NCBI RefSeq assembly: GCF_009914755.1
Contig: NC_060926.1
Direction: 5' to 3' (one strand)
DNA from: the human T2T-CHM13v2.0 reference genome, Homo sapiens
Length of the DNA stretch: 64,000 nt
The notes under the pieces are model-generated. The model saw only the letters and a list, made by a program, of their open reading frames with translations. It did no database searches and was not told where the DNA came from. Positions 14,529 to 27,439 of the stretch are shown one piece after another (within the stretch, counting starts at the first letter, position 1; the number at the start of each line of letters is the position of its first letter). A program made the position numbers and the translations under genes.

Positions 14529-16095
14529 TAGCTCATGCTGTGAGGACCCTGAGCTCCGAACACATTATAAAATTCCATATCCTTTGTCCTTTCTGAAATA
14601 AAATAAAACCAGTGTTCATGCTTTTATTCCCACTGACCGATTCCTCTGCTTTTTAATAATAGGAACATGACACAAACAGAAACAGGATGGGTAGGTAGGT
14701 GATTTGTTTTTCCTAATGGATTAGCTATAACCAGGAGTTAGCGACAGCAGATGTCCTGGAGTTTGTGACCCATTCCACTCTTGCCTCCTTTCCTGTGTTT
14801 TGGGAAAGGGTAAAAATTAAGATGTCAAATTATGGCTCAGTATAATTAAATGAATTATGTTTCTTTAAAACTTGAAACATGCTGCTAATGTTCTTTGACA
14901 TTTGCATGAGTAGGGTTTTTTTTTTAATAAATGTCTGGGTGACTGAAACAAGATTACCAGAAAAATATCCATTTACTGTAAGAATGAAATAGATGAAGAA
15001 CATGCTTTTGTGTAAGGGGAAAAAATATCACCAAAATAATGGGCATAGTAGAATTTATTTAACTATTTAAGTAAAACGAACCATTCATGGAGCAATGATA
15101 AGGGTGTGTCATGCAAGGGATTATGGTTAATTCGGTTTGTATACCTGAAGTTAAAAAACCCATTTACTTATTTATATTTAAATGAACTGGTACTTTCAAA
15201 GTATTTGTATTTAAAGACAAATAACTTCTCTTCATAAAATAAGTACTTCCTGAAGTATATTTTTCAATATATTTGTGCTGTTTGATTCTGGAGGTTTAGC
15301 AGAAAACCTATGACTTAATACTTCTAAAAATTTCACTTTCTTTATATTAATCAGATTTTGACTATAAACATTATTTTTATAGTATTGTATGAAACAACTA
15401 ATCTGATCTAATGCTATTTACAATAAAGCAATGCCTAATGTTGATTAAAATATGTAATAATTTTTTTAAAAAAACAGAAGTATTCCCTTCCCGGGTTATA
15501 CTAATATCTATGCTTTATAATAAACTTTCTTGGAATCATAGGCTCTTAGAACTAGAAGGAGGTAAAAATGACCTTCTCTTATGTTCTTTGCACTGGCAGT
15601 GTTTGAAAAGTGTAAGACACGAGCTAGAAACTCTTAAAAGACATTCTTTTAAGGTAGACACCCTTAAAAGAAATTTTTCATTTTTCATTCCAGTGTGGTA
15701 ACACTGGAAATTACAAAGTCTCATAAAACTGTTAGTTAAAGATAATTTGCTGATTTCCTTCATAGCAAGTTTGATAAGGGTTGAGCTTGTTCATAATCTA
15801 AAACTTTCACTACCAACTGCTTCAAGTTTGTGAATCAGAGGAGTCAAAAGAATGTGTATTTTAAAATTGCTTCTGTACCATAGTATAATATTTCAAATAG
15901 GAGAGAAGTCTATGCATCGATAAAGCTTGGCAAATGTAGGATGTAAAGATGTTGGAAGTGAAGATTTGGAGGCTCAAGAGAAGAGAGAGGGAGTCAGGTA
16001 AGTCAACAGTCTGTGGAGGAGGAAGGACCTCCCAAGTAGTGAATCTTTTTGCCCCCATGTATATGTAAGGGACTCTCATTCCTTTATACTTTATT

Positions 16096-16550
16096 GATGC
16101 AGAACAGGCGAGCCCCAAAGTGGGGCTTAGCCTGTGAAGGTTCTTGGCTTCGCCCAGGAAGGAATTCAATGGTGAGTCAGTGGTAGAGTAGAAGACAGCA
16201 GCTTGATTAAACCATCAGTGTTACAGCTCCTATGGTGTTATAACTTCGTGACTGCTCCTGCAGCACAGGGCTACCCCATAGGCAGAGAGTAGCAGCTCTG
16301 GGCAGTTTTGCAGTCATATTTATACTTACTTTTAACTACATATACATTAAAGGATGGTTTATGCAGATATTTCTAGGGAAGAGGTAGTAGCTTTTGGGTT
16401 GTTGGGTCTTTGCCATGGAAAGGGGTGGTAACTCCAGGCTGTTGCCATGGCACACTGGTGGACATGTCTTATGGAAAGCTGCTTCTGCCCTGTCCCTGTT
16501 TTAGCTAGTCCTCTGTTTGGTCTGTTGTCTGAGTCCTGCCTCCTACCTCA
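16096..16550 (-). mobile_element. MER66-like ERV1 solo LTR
   Basis: Ends ccctgttttagctagtcctc...cctgcctcctacctca, reverse complement of the recalled MER66 5' end; TG...CA termini. Confidence 0.75.
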
Positions 16551-18119
16551 TGGCAACGCAGAGGTTCAAGGGAGCCAATAGAAGGGTGTAGGGGGTTCCT
16601 GGGAACCCTGAAACTAATTAGACAATCTGCAATTATCTAACGTTCAATGTGCTTTGAGATTTTCAAAGGCATCTCTGACCCCTGAAAGGGGTCAGAAAAC
16701 CTACCATGGTTAATTAAGCCTTTGTAAGTGGACTCAGTAAGAGAACAAAGATAACATTCAGACTCAAATAACATTTAGACTCAAAAAACATTGTGTTTTC
16801 TTAACCTGTGAAGGTTTTTTGTTGTTGTTATTGTGCAGATATGATGGGTAAAATTAGCAAGCATGACAGCCATATAACCAATCCAACCAGAAGGCTCTAA
16901 ACCCTTAAAAGATGTGATTGCTTAGAACGCATGTATCTCCGTCACTTCTTTCAGCATTAGTTTCTCCATTCTGTTGGTGGAATGGCTGCCAATATGTAAT
17001 AAATATCTTCTGATAAATCGCATGACTTGAAATTGATTCATATCTAGGTTTTGTTATGTAATAAACGGGTGGGATACCTTATACCTGAAAAAACCCTTTG
17101 TTCAGAATTCATTGGCAGTCAATCCAGAAACTCTCTGCATTTTGGCTCATGGCTGTTCCACTGAAAGATAGTCACTGAGATTGAGTTAATCTTAATATGG
17201 GCTCTGATGATTTTCCAGTCATCTAATCCCTCCAGGCCTGATTATAAACCTCAATCAGTTTTAGCAGATGAGGGCTTACCCTGGTTGTTAGTAATTCCCA
17301 AAGAAGGCATTTATAAAAACCTAAACCTTTTCCTCTCTCCTGAGATAAGTATTAATCTTTGGTCTCTAAGCTGTTTTGGGGTCAAAATAGTAATTTCAGT
17401 CTACAGTGATTTAAATCTGTAATTTAACTTGCTATTTTTATCACCAATGCTGTTCCAGGCTTTTGGAATTAATATCATCTCTAAACTCAGTGAAACCCAT
17501 ATTTTTCTTTTTTTGATTCACACTTCTCATGATATCATTAATAACTGATTACACTGGAAATGCAAGAGACTATGAAGAGTGAATGGCAGGGAGAATTTCT
17601 GTACTTTGAGCACTAGCTCTATCTTAACAGAATTTATCTTTCACTTGGAAATCCAAAAGGAGAAATTTGTATCTCGGCACATTCTGGTGTTCCAAAGATA
17701 AATAATAGCATGTGTTGAGTTTGGAAAGCTGCAGCTTTAGAGAACAAGCTAGGGCATAGAAATAAAGGTGAAAAAGATATAGACACCCCTGACAAATCCC
17801 AGTCCTGTTGTGGTGATTGTGCTTTCTGTTTATAAGGAGTGGCTTAAAGATCAGGACGCTATGCAGCGACTGTACATGTTCCTATCATGGCTCTAACAAC
17901 CTTGGCCCAATTTACTCCCCTTTCTTCTTTATCAATACTCCTTATCAATAGTACAGTAGAAAGTCTATAACTCAAATAATTTGTTCTCTAATAATTACAT
18001 TATATTGAAAATTATATATTAATATTATAATCATAACATTTGAAACTAATATACAGATCATTAAAATATCCTTACATTCTAAAACATGAAAGTGGAAACA
18101 AAATTTATTTTTCTGTTTA

Positions 18120-19205
18120 ACATTCTGTGACTGTCTTCTCAGCCTCCTCTCCCCGAGGTGGTCATATCCACTCCAGTTGCTTTAAATATCATCTATATTC
18201 TAAGACTCCCCAGAGCTCACTTCTGAATATATCTACCAATTATTTTGATATCTTTATGTGGATATATCACAGGTATCACAGTTTAATAATAAAACTAGAC
18301 TTTTGATTTCCTAGCATGCCAGCCAAAATAAATATTTCCTTCCTAATTGTTACTAAAAACCAATAAAGTGCTCCAGCAGCCAGTGAGTGAGTGTAGTTGA
18401 TGCTGTGCTTGCTACTAGCTCTACACTCCTCTTCATCTATCAGCAAACTCCGTTTAGGAGTCTACTTTCTAAATATATTCCTCATCTGTTAATTTTTCCC
18501 CATCTTTACTGCCTCTGCTCTGGCTCAGGTTACTCTTAGCACTAGCTCATATTAGCACATCAACCGGCCTCCTTATGTCCATTCTTGATGCTCTGAAATC
18601 CAAATTTCCTATTGAAGCCTTGGGGATCGTTCCCAACCCTGCCCTTCTATGCTGATTACTATGCTGATTATTTTTAAGTACACATTAGTTACATTGAGAA
18701 CCAAGTCAAAAATCGTAATGTGACCTGTAAGGCTTTGCATGATTCATTACTGCAGTCTCAACTCCAGCTTCTTTCCTACTTCATCATTGCTTCAGTTCTC
18801 TGTACCTCGGGAGTGACAGGTTTTGTGCCTCAGTGCCTTAACACAGGTTGCTTCTCTGTTTTTAACACTACCCACATCCAACACAGGCAGTGCCCATCCT
18901 CCACCCCAATCACCTGGATAATTACATTCAAACTTCAGATATTAGCTTAAATACCACTTTTTTTTTTTTAAAAAAAAAAAGGTTTTTCATTGACTTTCCT
19001 GTCTGAGCTAGGTTCCTCTGTTATGCACTCTCAGAGGCATCTCCTACTTGTGAAAGGTCTGTAATTAATTGGTGGCTAGGCATCTGTTCCATATTTCCAT
19101 ATTTATCTTTTCCTTTAGTTTGGAAGCCAGATCAGGCCAGGTACAATAATTGCTTTGCTTGGGGCTATATCCCTGTATAAATATTTATTGAATGAATAAA
19201 TGAAG
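18120..19205 (+). mobile_element. Degenerate L2
   Basis: tttaaatatcatctatattctaagactccc...aaatatttattgaatgaataaatgaa. Confidence 0.65.
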
Positions 19206-19839
19206 GTCTCGGTATAGATAATTATTTGGGTAATTGAATATGTTCTTTCATTCACATGCTTGAGCTGGCTTCTCCAGAGTATATAACAAAAGGATCTTAT
19301 GTAGGGAAAAGGCTGTAGGACCTTGGGACTGAAGTGGTCAAAGTATACAGGTTTTGGATGAAGAGCAATACCTGCTTCGAAAAGCAAAATTTGGCATTTA
19401 TGCAAATTTAACACATCATATGCCAGTTTATCCATAGGGTTGGTGAGAATATACAAGATTCCTACAAGACTGATTTCACTATTTTTTTTCTTTTTAAACA
19501 AAACTCATTGAATGTCTATGTGCCAGATACCATGCATGGTGCCAAATATATAGAAATAAAATACATCATCATTGCTTGCAGAGAACACTCAGTTGAGACA
19601 TAGATAAAAAGACCACACATAATAATAGTGTGATAAGTATATTTGAGGTGTGTATAGCTACTGTGGAAACAGGTATGGGGGAAAGTAATTTGGCCTGAGT
19701 TTCCCAGAAGAAAGCACACTTAAAGTGAGTCTAGAAATTATGTAGAAAGGAAGAAAAAGGAAATTATTTTAATTTTTGACTGAGATCTATTTTATCTTTC
19801 TGTGGCAATAATAAAGTGGCAGACTTAAGCTCTGACATA

Positions 19840-20020
19840 TTAACAATTATATTAAGTATGAGTGATCCAAATGCAACACTTAAATTACAGATTGGAAGAA
19901 TGGACAAAAACCAACCAACCAAAAGAAATGTAACCCAGCAATACGTTGTCTAAAGGAAACTACTTCAAATATCACGATATACTTAGGTTGAAAGTAAAAG
20001 GATGGAAAAAGATACACCAT
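19840..20020 (+). mobile_element. L1M ORF2 endonuclease-region fragment
   Basis: taggttgaaagtaaaaggatggaaaaagatacaccatg (RLKVKGWKKIHH). Confidence 0.75.
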
Positions 20021-20420
20021 GTATATTAAGCCATTCTTGCACTGCTATAAATACCTGAGACTTGGTAATTTTTAAGAAAGGAGGTTTAATTGGCTTATGG
20101 TTCTACAGGCTGTACAGGAAATATAGCAGCATCTGCTTCTGAGGAGGCCTCAGGGAGCTTCCAGTCATAGTAGAAGGCAAAGAGGGAGCAGGCTCATCAC
20201 ACAGAGAAAGAAGGACCGAGAGAGAGAGAGTGGGAGGTGCCGCTTTTAAACGACCAGATCTTGTGAGTACTGACTATTGCAAGGACAGCACCCAGGGCAT
20301 GGTGCTACATGAGAAATCTGCCCCCATGATCCAGTCACCTCCCACCAGGCCCCATCTCCGACACTGAGGATTACATTTCAACAAGAGATTTGGGCAGGGA
20401 CATACATCCAAACTTCATCC
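20020..20420 (-). mobile_element. MST-family (ERVL-MaLR) solo LTR
   Basis: ctataaatacctgagacttggtaattt...ccatgatccagtcacctcccaccaggcccc; paralogous to 3070-3471. Confidence 0.88.
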
Positions 20421-23400
20421 AGTAGTCTCTAGAATTTTACATTTTATTTCCTATTTTTAGGGCTTATTAGTCCCTATTAGAAAAGAAAAATAAATATAGC
20501 TTCTTCCATAGTGCCCACATTTCTTGAAGAAACCAGACTGGTAATGCATCTTCCTTTCTTAAATAAGGAAACTGAATTCAGAATTCAAACATAAGCCCCA
20601 TTTCTATCAATTTATTGGGATCTACTATGAGCTAGCAATTGGTACTTTTTGCCTTTACACTGATATATAATAGAAATACTTTCCCCTGCCACAAAAACAG
20701 TGGGAGTGTCACCATCTTGACCAGATTGTGCTGTTTTCTGAACATGTCAATCCTCCACACGAATACAACACAGACCAGTTGTGTGTTGATGTCTCCTATA
20801 ACCTCTCTTTCCCACCTGCACCAGCCTCCTGGCCATTTCCCCTAATGTATCATGAAACGACTTCTCTTCTTTCCCCTTCAGTGACCTCAAATTTCATTTC
20901 CACACCCCACCACAAGGCAGTGAGTGATTTAAAATATATTCTGTTAATTATTGTGGTTGCAGTATCTAAATTGAGACTTTTAAAAAATGTAATTGCACAT
21001 AGCAGTTGCCTGGGCTTCTGTTAAATTGGAAAGTTCATGAAAACTAATAAATATCAAGAATTTTAAATATTCATGAAATTTTCTTTTTTTCGGGTTAGCC
21101 TAGAGATTCACTCATAGCAAGAGGCCACTTAGCTGGAAATTACTGAAGCAGAAGAAAGGGCATCACATTTATTTTAAGCTATATGCATTGATGTATTTTG
21201 TGGATACAACTGAAGTTTGTTCTTATCACATAAAGCACCTGTCATGCAGTTTTTGCATTTTTAAAAATCCCTGAAATTCTGTAACTGTTCCAGGCTGGGG
21301 GAACTGAGACACTGAGACAGGTGGCTTAAGAGGAGAAGCATATGGGCTGACTATGGCTGTTCTCCCTCGGGCTCTAGCCCAGTGTTCTCAGGGTACTTGT
21401 GTGGTGTGTTGTCTTTTTGGGCTTTTAGAGACTAAGCGGGAGATTATGCCACTTGCACCACCATTCAGAGGGTGAATTGTGAAGAGGCAATGTATAAATC
21501 TGTTTAACGAAAGATACTGTCTTAACCCAACAGATTTGCTTCCTCTTTAGACCTTATTTATTTCCACCACTTCTATACTCATCCAACTTGGAGGGCATGG
21601 AATCTTCATTGATTCTGTCTTCTCCCTCTTTTTTAAGTGTCCAATGACAGTGTTTTTAGTATCTGTTCCTGCTGTTTGATTTTTATGGCCACTTTCCCTG
21701 TCTAGGCCCCAACACCGTCTGTTTGGATGATTACACTGTTAGGGCTCCTCATTTTTTCTTCCCTGTAACTCAAACCATACCCTTGCTGCATCATCTTGCT
21801 GAAACATTGTTGTCTTTCCTAAATTTTCATTTTATTGTCATTTAAATTTGAAGTTTCCATGAGGCTTCTATCTGCCTCCAATTGTTTATAATGAATACTT
21901 GGAAATACACTGAAACATTGGAATTGGGTAATGAATATCCATACACCCTCCACCAAGATAAAACAGTTGTTAAAATTTCATATTTGCTTTATCTCTATTA
22001 CTGTCTTTACACACACACACACACATACACACAATATTGCAGAACCAACTGAAGCTTACTTATATACACAGGGAGTTTTCATCTCTAAAAGCTTCAGGAT
22101 GCCTTCCTTAAGATCTGGATAATTTTCAGTGTACAAGTCATACTTTTTAAAAAAAATGGTAATGGTAAAACAATTACTAAAAACTTTTAAATAAGTGATG
22201 TAAAAATGAGGAAAAAGTATAGAATTTCAAGTAATGAATAAATGAATCTTATAGACTGGTCTGTGGCAAAAAGGTTTACTTTGGCCTGTTTTTATTTGTG
22301 CAAATAGCATACTTTACTTATATTAATATTATATGTAAGTCCAAGTGTTGTATGAAGGTAACAATTTAGCTACATACTCTCTTCCAGGCTTTCCATTTAT
22401 TTTGTTGTTTGGTCATTTCCTACCAACCTGGGGTCATTTTCCACTGGTCAACTCTGCTCTTTGGCTGTAACTTTTATGGTGAATCTATACAGCATTGGCT
22501 GTCTGCTACTTCTTCCCAACTTTATTCTGGTTATACCACCATCATCCTTCCATATTTGATGATGGAAATGGCAAGATGTAAAAACTGGGAGTTGTCATCT
22601 GCCACAGTCCCCACCCTGAGGAGAAAACCAGCCAGGCTATTAATGGAAAGGATGAAGCCAGTACACAGAAATGGAGTTCCTGGTTCCAGTCATTCCCAAG
22701 ATCTGGATGGATAGTTAACTTCCCCTGGCCTGCTTATATAACCCTTCCTTGTATTCCATGACTTAATAAATTATTATTTTTTTTTGCCTCAGCAAATTCT
22801 GGTTGGATTTCCATAACTTTAAACCAAAAGTCTTAACTAACTCTATATGTTATTTCTTACACTAAGCCCTAACTTCAAGCAAATTTTAAATCTGTTGACA
22901 CTTTTTTCTCATTGACACTGCCCTGCCTCTTTTATAGTCCAAACTCCAGCAGAAACCAACTTAGCTGTACTTTCTCCATGAGGCTTTTTTGGTCCGTGAT
23001 TATCTTTATCTAATTGTATCACTTATAATCTCTGTTTGGTGAGTCAATATTTGATAATAGGTCATTTTTAAATTAGTTTCTAATTGTTTCTGGTGTGTTT
23101 ATCTTGTCTTTCTCTTGAGCTTATGAATTTCTTTAAGGCATAGGTACTGTATTCACCCATTTTATGTCGCAGAATGCCTTGTGCTCAGTAAGTGCTCTAT
23201 AAAAGCATGTTGGTTCATAATATGTTATGAATATATATATTAAGGGAAGTATCCGAGGAATTAAGTATCTTTTGTTATTTATGTATTTGCTCCCAAAATG
23301 TTCAGGATAATTTAAACAATATTTACTTGACTTGTTATTATCTTCTTTTTTTTGCTAATTTTCCTAGAGTTTTATAATGTTTAATTATCTAAGTGCATTG

Positions 23401-26314
23401 CTATGAAACATAATCTCTCATTCTGCCTTTTTCTTTGTGCCCATAGTATGTCCCAACATATGTTTAAATGGGACTAATGGATAGTTGTCTGTCTCCTTGT
23501 GAGAGTAAGCTCCATGGACTGTATCTCTTTGTTCTTCTGCTGTGTCCTCATGCCTCTCACAGTGCTAGACACATAATAGGTATTCCAACATTCTTTTTCA
23601 TTAAAAAATATTTAAGATATATGAGTTTGGGGTAAATGCTGATGGTGTTCAAATGAATAGGAAGATGATGACTTGAGTAATACCATAAGATGCTTTGAGT
23701 TGGAGAACTGTCAGTCGATCATATTAATATACTGAAGTACAATTCTTAAACCTGGGGCACTTTTCAGAGTCACTTTCTTTCCCTGTTCTGTACTTTTGTT
23801 TCTTTCCATTTCTGCCTTTATTTTTGTCTCTTATTAGCACTGAGTTTTGTCACTTTTTGGTCCATGATGATAATCTTATGCCTTCTCACTCCTGCTCACA
23901 TTCTTTTTCTCACTTTCGTTTATTTGTTCACTTCGCAGTACTAATTTAAATGTCCTTGGATTCTGTCTTCCCAACATGAATCCTTCTTTTTCCTCCTCAA
24001 AATACTGCCCAAGGGCCTCTGACTTATAAAAACACATTTCTAAATCTATATTGCAAACAAGTACATTTAATTATTCAGTCTTCAATAATTATCAAATGAA
24101 AGTTCTATTTTTCACAAATAGCATAACAAATGAGGGCAATCAATCAACTGCTTTTTGGTACTTAAAAAAACTGGGTGACCATCTAAACCTCAGTTCATGG
24201 TTGTGATGTTGGACAAGAAAGACCTTGGTGAGTCTGAGACTTGAAGGAAGGCCTGTGCGGCTGCCCTGGAGAGCATGAAGTGAGAGGGTGGTGGTCTGAG
24301 GGGTGGTTAAGGGAGGCGGGACTCAGGGATGGTCAGGGTTCTGTGTACTCACACGGGCATCTGCCTTTCATGTAACCAGTAAGACTCATTCTAGGGCTGC
24401 ATGGTTTGGTGGCTAGAGCATGGACTTTAGTGTGATGGCAACTGTAATTTAAAATCTATTCTTCCCCTTCTGGGGGGTGATCTTGGGGAAACTCATTAAA
24501 CTTCCTCTGGGATAGAATTACACCCTTTAGAGTTATTGTAAGTATTAGAGATAATATGTGTAAAATACCTAATTCAACAGATACTTATCAATAATTATTA
24601 GAGATTACTTTTAGTAAATTAAATCAGAAGTACAAACCTTTTATTTCATTGATTTATATACTATGAGTAAGGGTTGAATAGGTAGGGCGAGAGAAAAAGT
24701 ATATACCCATTTTATAACTTTCTAATAAATGAGGCCAGATTTGTTTTTTAATGAAAACAAATTGTGCTTCCTGTAAATTCACTTTAAAAAGTACATATGT
24801 TTCTGTAGTAAGAAGTATTAAAGCATATTGTGCAATAAAATTACTGTTTTTCTTTTAAAACAACCTAGAAACAATATTGTCTTTGGAACATTACCTAAAG
24901 CAAGAAAGCAAGAAAAATATATTTGAAAGCCAAAAATCAGTGAGGTATTCATCTGAGCTTTGACTTTTCACTATCTTTGATGCTTTTTGTTTTGAATTCA
25001 AACAACAGTTTTTATTCTTCTGTTCAGAAAATCTTAACATGAGCTAGAATATTCCCAGCATACTAATAAGCCAACAAATACTGGCTGTGGTCCTGTGGAA
25101 AACTTTTTATTGAAAAGATAATGTTCTTCTTTATGCGAAAAACAAGAATATTTTACAGCTCTCTTTTTCCTTTGCTAGCCTTGGCATTGTGTTGGACAGT
25201 GTGACTTTGAACAGTCTTTTTAGAATTCTGCTGTCAGCAGATGAAATTTTTTTTTTTTTTAATACTTACCTCAAAGGAGTAGTAAATTATGTTTGTCTCT
25301 AGTATTGCAGTTACCACTCCACAACAGAGAAGGGCATTAACATTATAATGGAGGCAGCGGATTGATTAATATATTGATTAGATCTGGAAGATTGTGTTCT
25401 GTGAAATTTGAGGCTGGTTGAGTTCTCAAATTGGTAGGGCATTTCCATCTAAATAGCTAAAAAATTTTCTGATGTTAACAATATTCACAAGTAAAACAAC
25501 ACTTTACGTGACTTTTGTTAAAAGATGAGATGAAAGAAACTACACATTAAGAGAAAAGTGTCTGGAAATTATTTACTATTTATTCTCTGTCTACAAGCAG
25601 GAAGCAGAAGAAAGTCATGAATTATAAAGGCCAAACAGGATCCATCAGGAGTTTACTAAAAATTCCTAGTCATGATATAAATTGTGTCCAAATTAAAGTA
25701 ATACATCAAATGAAAGTTTAGAATTGGTGGGACAAAAATAAATCAGAGTGTTATATAGGAATTATTTTTAGTCCACTTTGGTTGTAACTGAAAATAAAAG
25801 ATTCAGTCACATTAAAATGATCTTTTTTCTCTGTGCTTTCCGAGCCTAGCTAATGGCAGGAAGGCATCACCCCTGGACTTGTATTGAGTTCACAGTAATT
25901 GCTTCCTGAATAGTTAGGCCAATGGATAAATGTTTGCTTCTTGATCAGTTAGGTGGAACTGATTGACAAGTGTGGCAAAGGCTAATAAGGCAGCCGTGTC
26001 TAGATAGCCAGCTAAATAAAAGATTTGAAGATTGCTCAGTTCTTAACCCAAAGCAGTTTGTGTTATTCTCTCAGGCTTTGTCAGAAGAGCAAGAATTAGA
26101 AAAATTTACTTCAGAGGTGGTAATTCCTTAAAGTCTATAACATCCAATAATTTAAAAAATATGATATGCTGAACTGCAAAATGGAAAATTATTCAATAGT
26201 CAAATAGAGAGATGGGCATAGAATACAACTCTCACATTCAGTACAACAAGGGCAGGTAAACATTTACTACGCCCAGAATCTCTTTGGCTTGCTTTTTGAA
26301 GGAACTGAGGGGTT

Positions 26315-26630
<316 letters not shown>

Positions 26631-27167
26631 GACTAATTTGGTTTCAAGGTACTGTTTATAGGCAGAGAGGACATAAACATAAAAATATAAGGCAGGATGT
26701 CATAATATGCTCTGTTAACATTTAAAAGTGCTGTGGGAACTCAGGGAAGGAGAGACAAACTTTCAATTATAAAGGGACTGATTTCCCAACAATTTACTAT
26801 GTAATTACCTGCTTTTTGATTACCGTATTTTGATTGCCTACATAACAGAGGGTGGCTGGAAAGTAATAGAAATTTTCTTTGCTATTTGTCTCTAGATAGA
26901 GGTGTAGCTAGTAGAGTTTAAGCAGGAAATAGGAACTAAGATTGGGTTTGTATTTTTATATTTACATGTTCAGCATAGTAATGAATTCTTCCACTTCTAT
27001 TTTGTTTTTATTTTTAAATCTTTAAGATTTCAAACATAGAAACAAAGTCGATATGTAATGGGTACCCATGTGCTCACCACTGAGATTAATCACATATTAG
27101 CTTTTTGCTCTGTTTGCTTCACATTTGTCTCTCCCTCTTTTTAAAATCAGAAGTTTAAATTTAAATT

Positions 27168-27439
27168 GTTTTTTAGAGATAGTCTCGATCTGTCTCTCAG
27201 GTTGGAGGGCTCACTGCAGCCTCAAACTCCTGGGATCAAGGGATCTTCCCACCTCAGCATCCTCAGTAGCTGGGACTATAGGTGTGCACCACCACACCCA
27301 GCTGATTTTTAAATTGTTTTGTAGAGATAGGGTCTCACTGTATTGCCCAGGCTGGTCTTGAACTCCTGGCTTTAAGTGATCATCCTGCCTCAGCCTCCCA
27401 AAGCACTGGGATTACAGGTGTAAGCCACCTTGCCTGGCC
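27168..27439 (-). mobile_element. AluJ
   Basis: gctcactgcagcctcaaactcctggg...gggattacaggtgtaagccacc. Confidence 0.9.
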
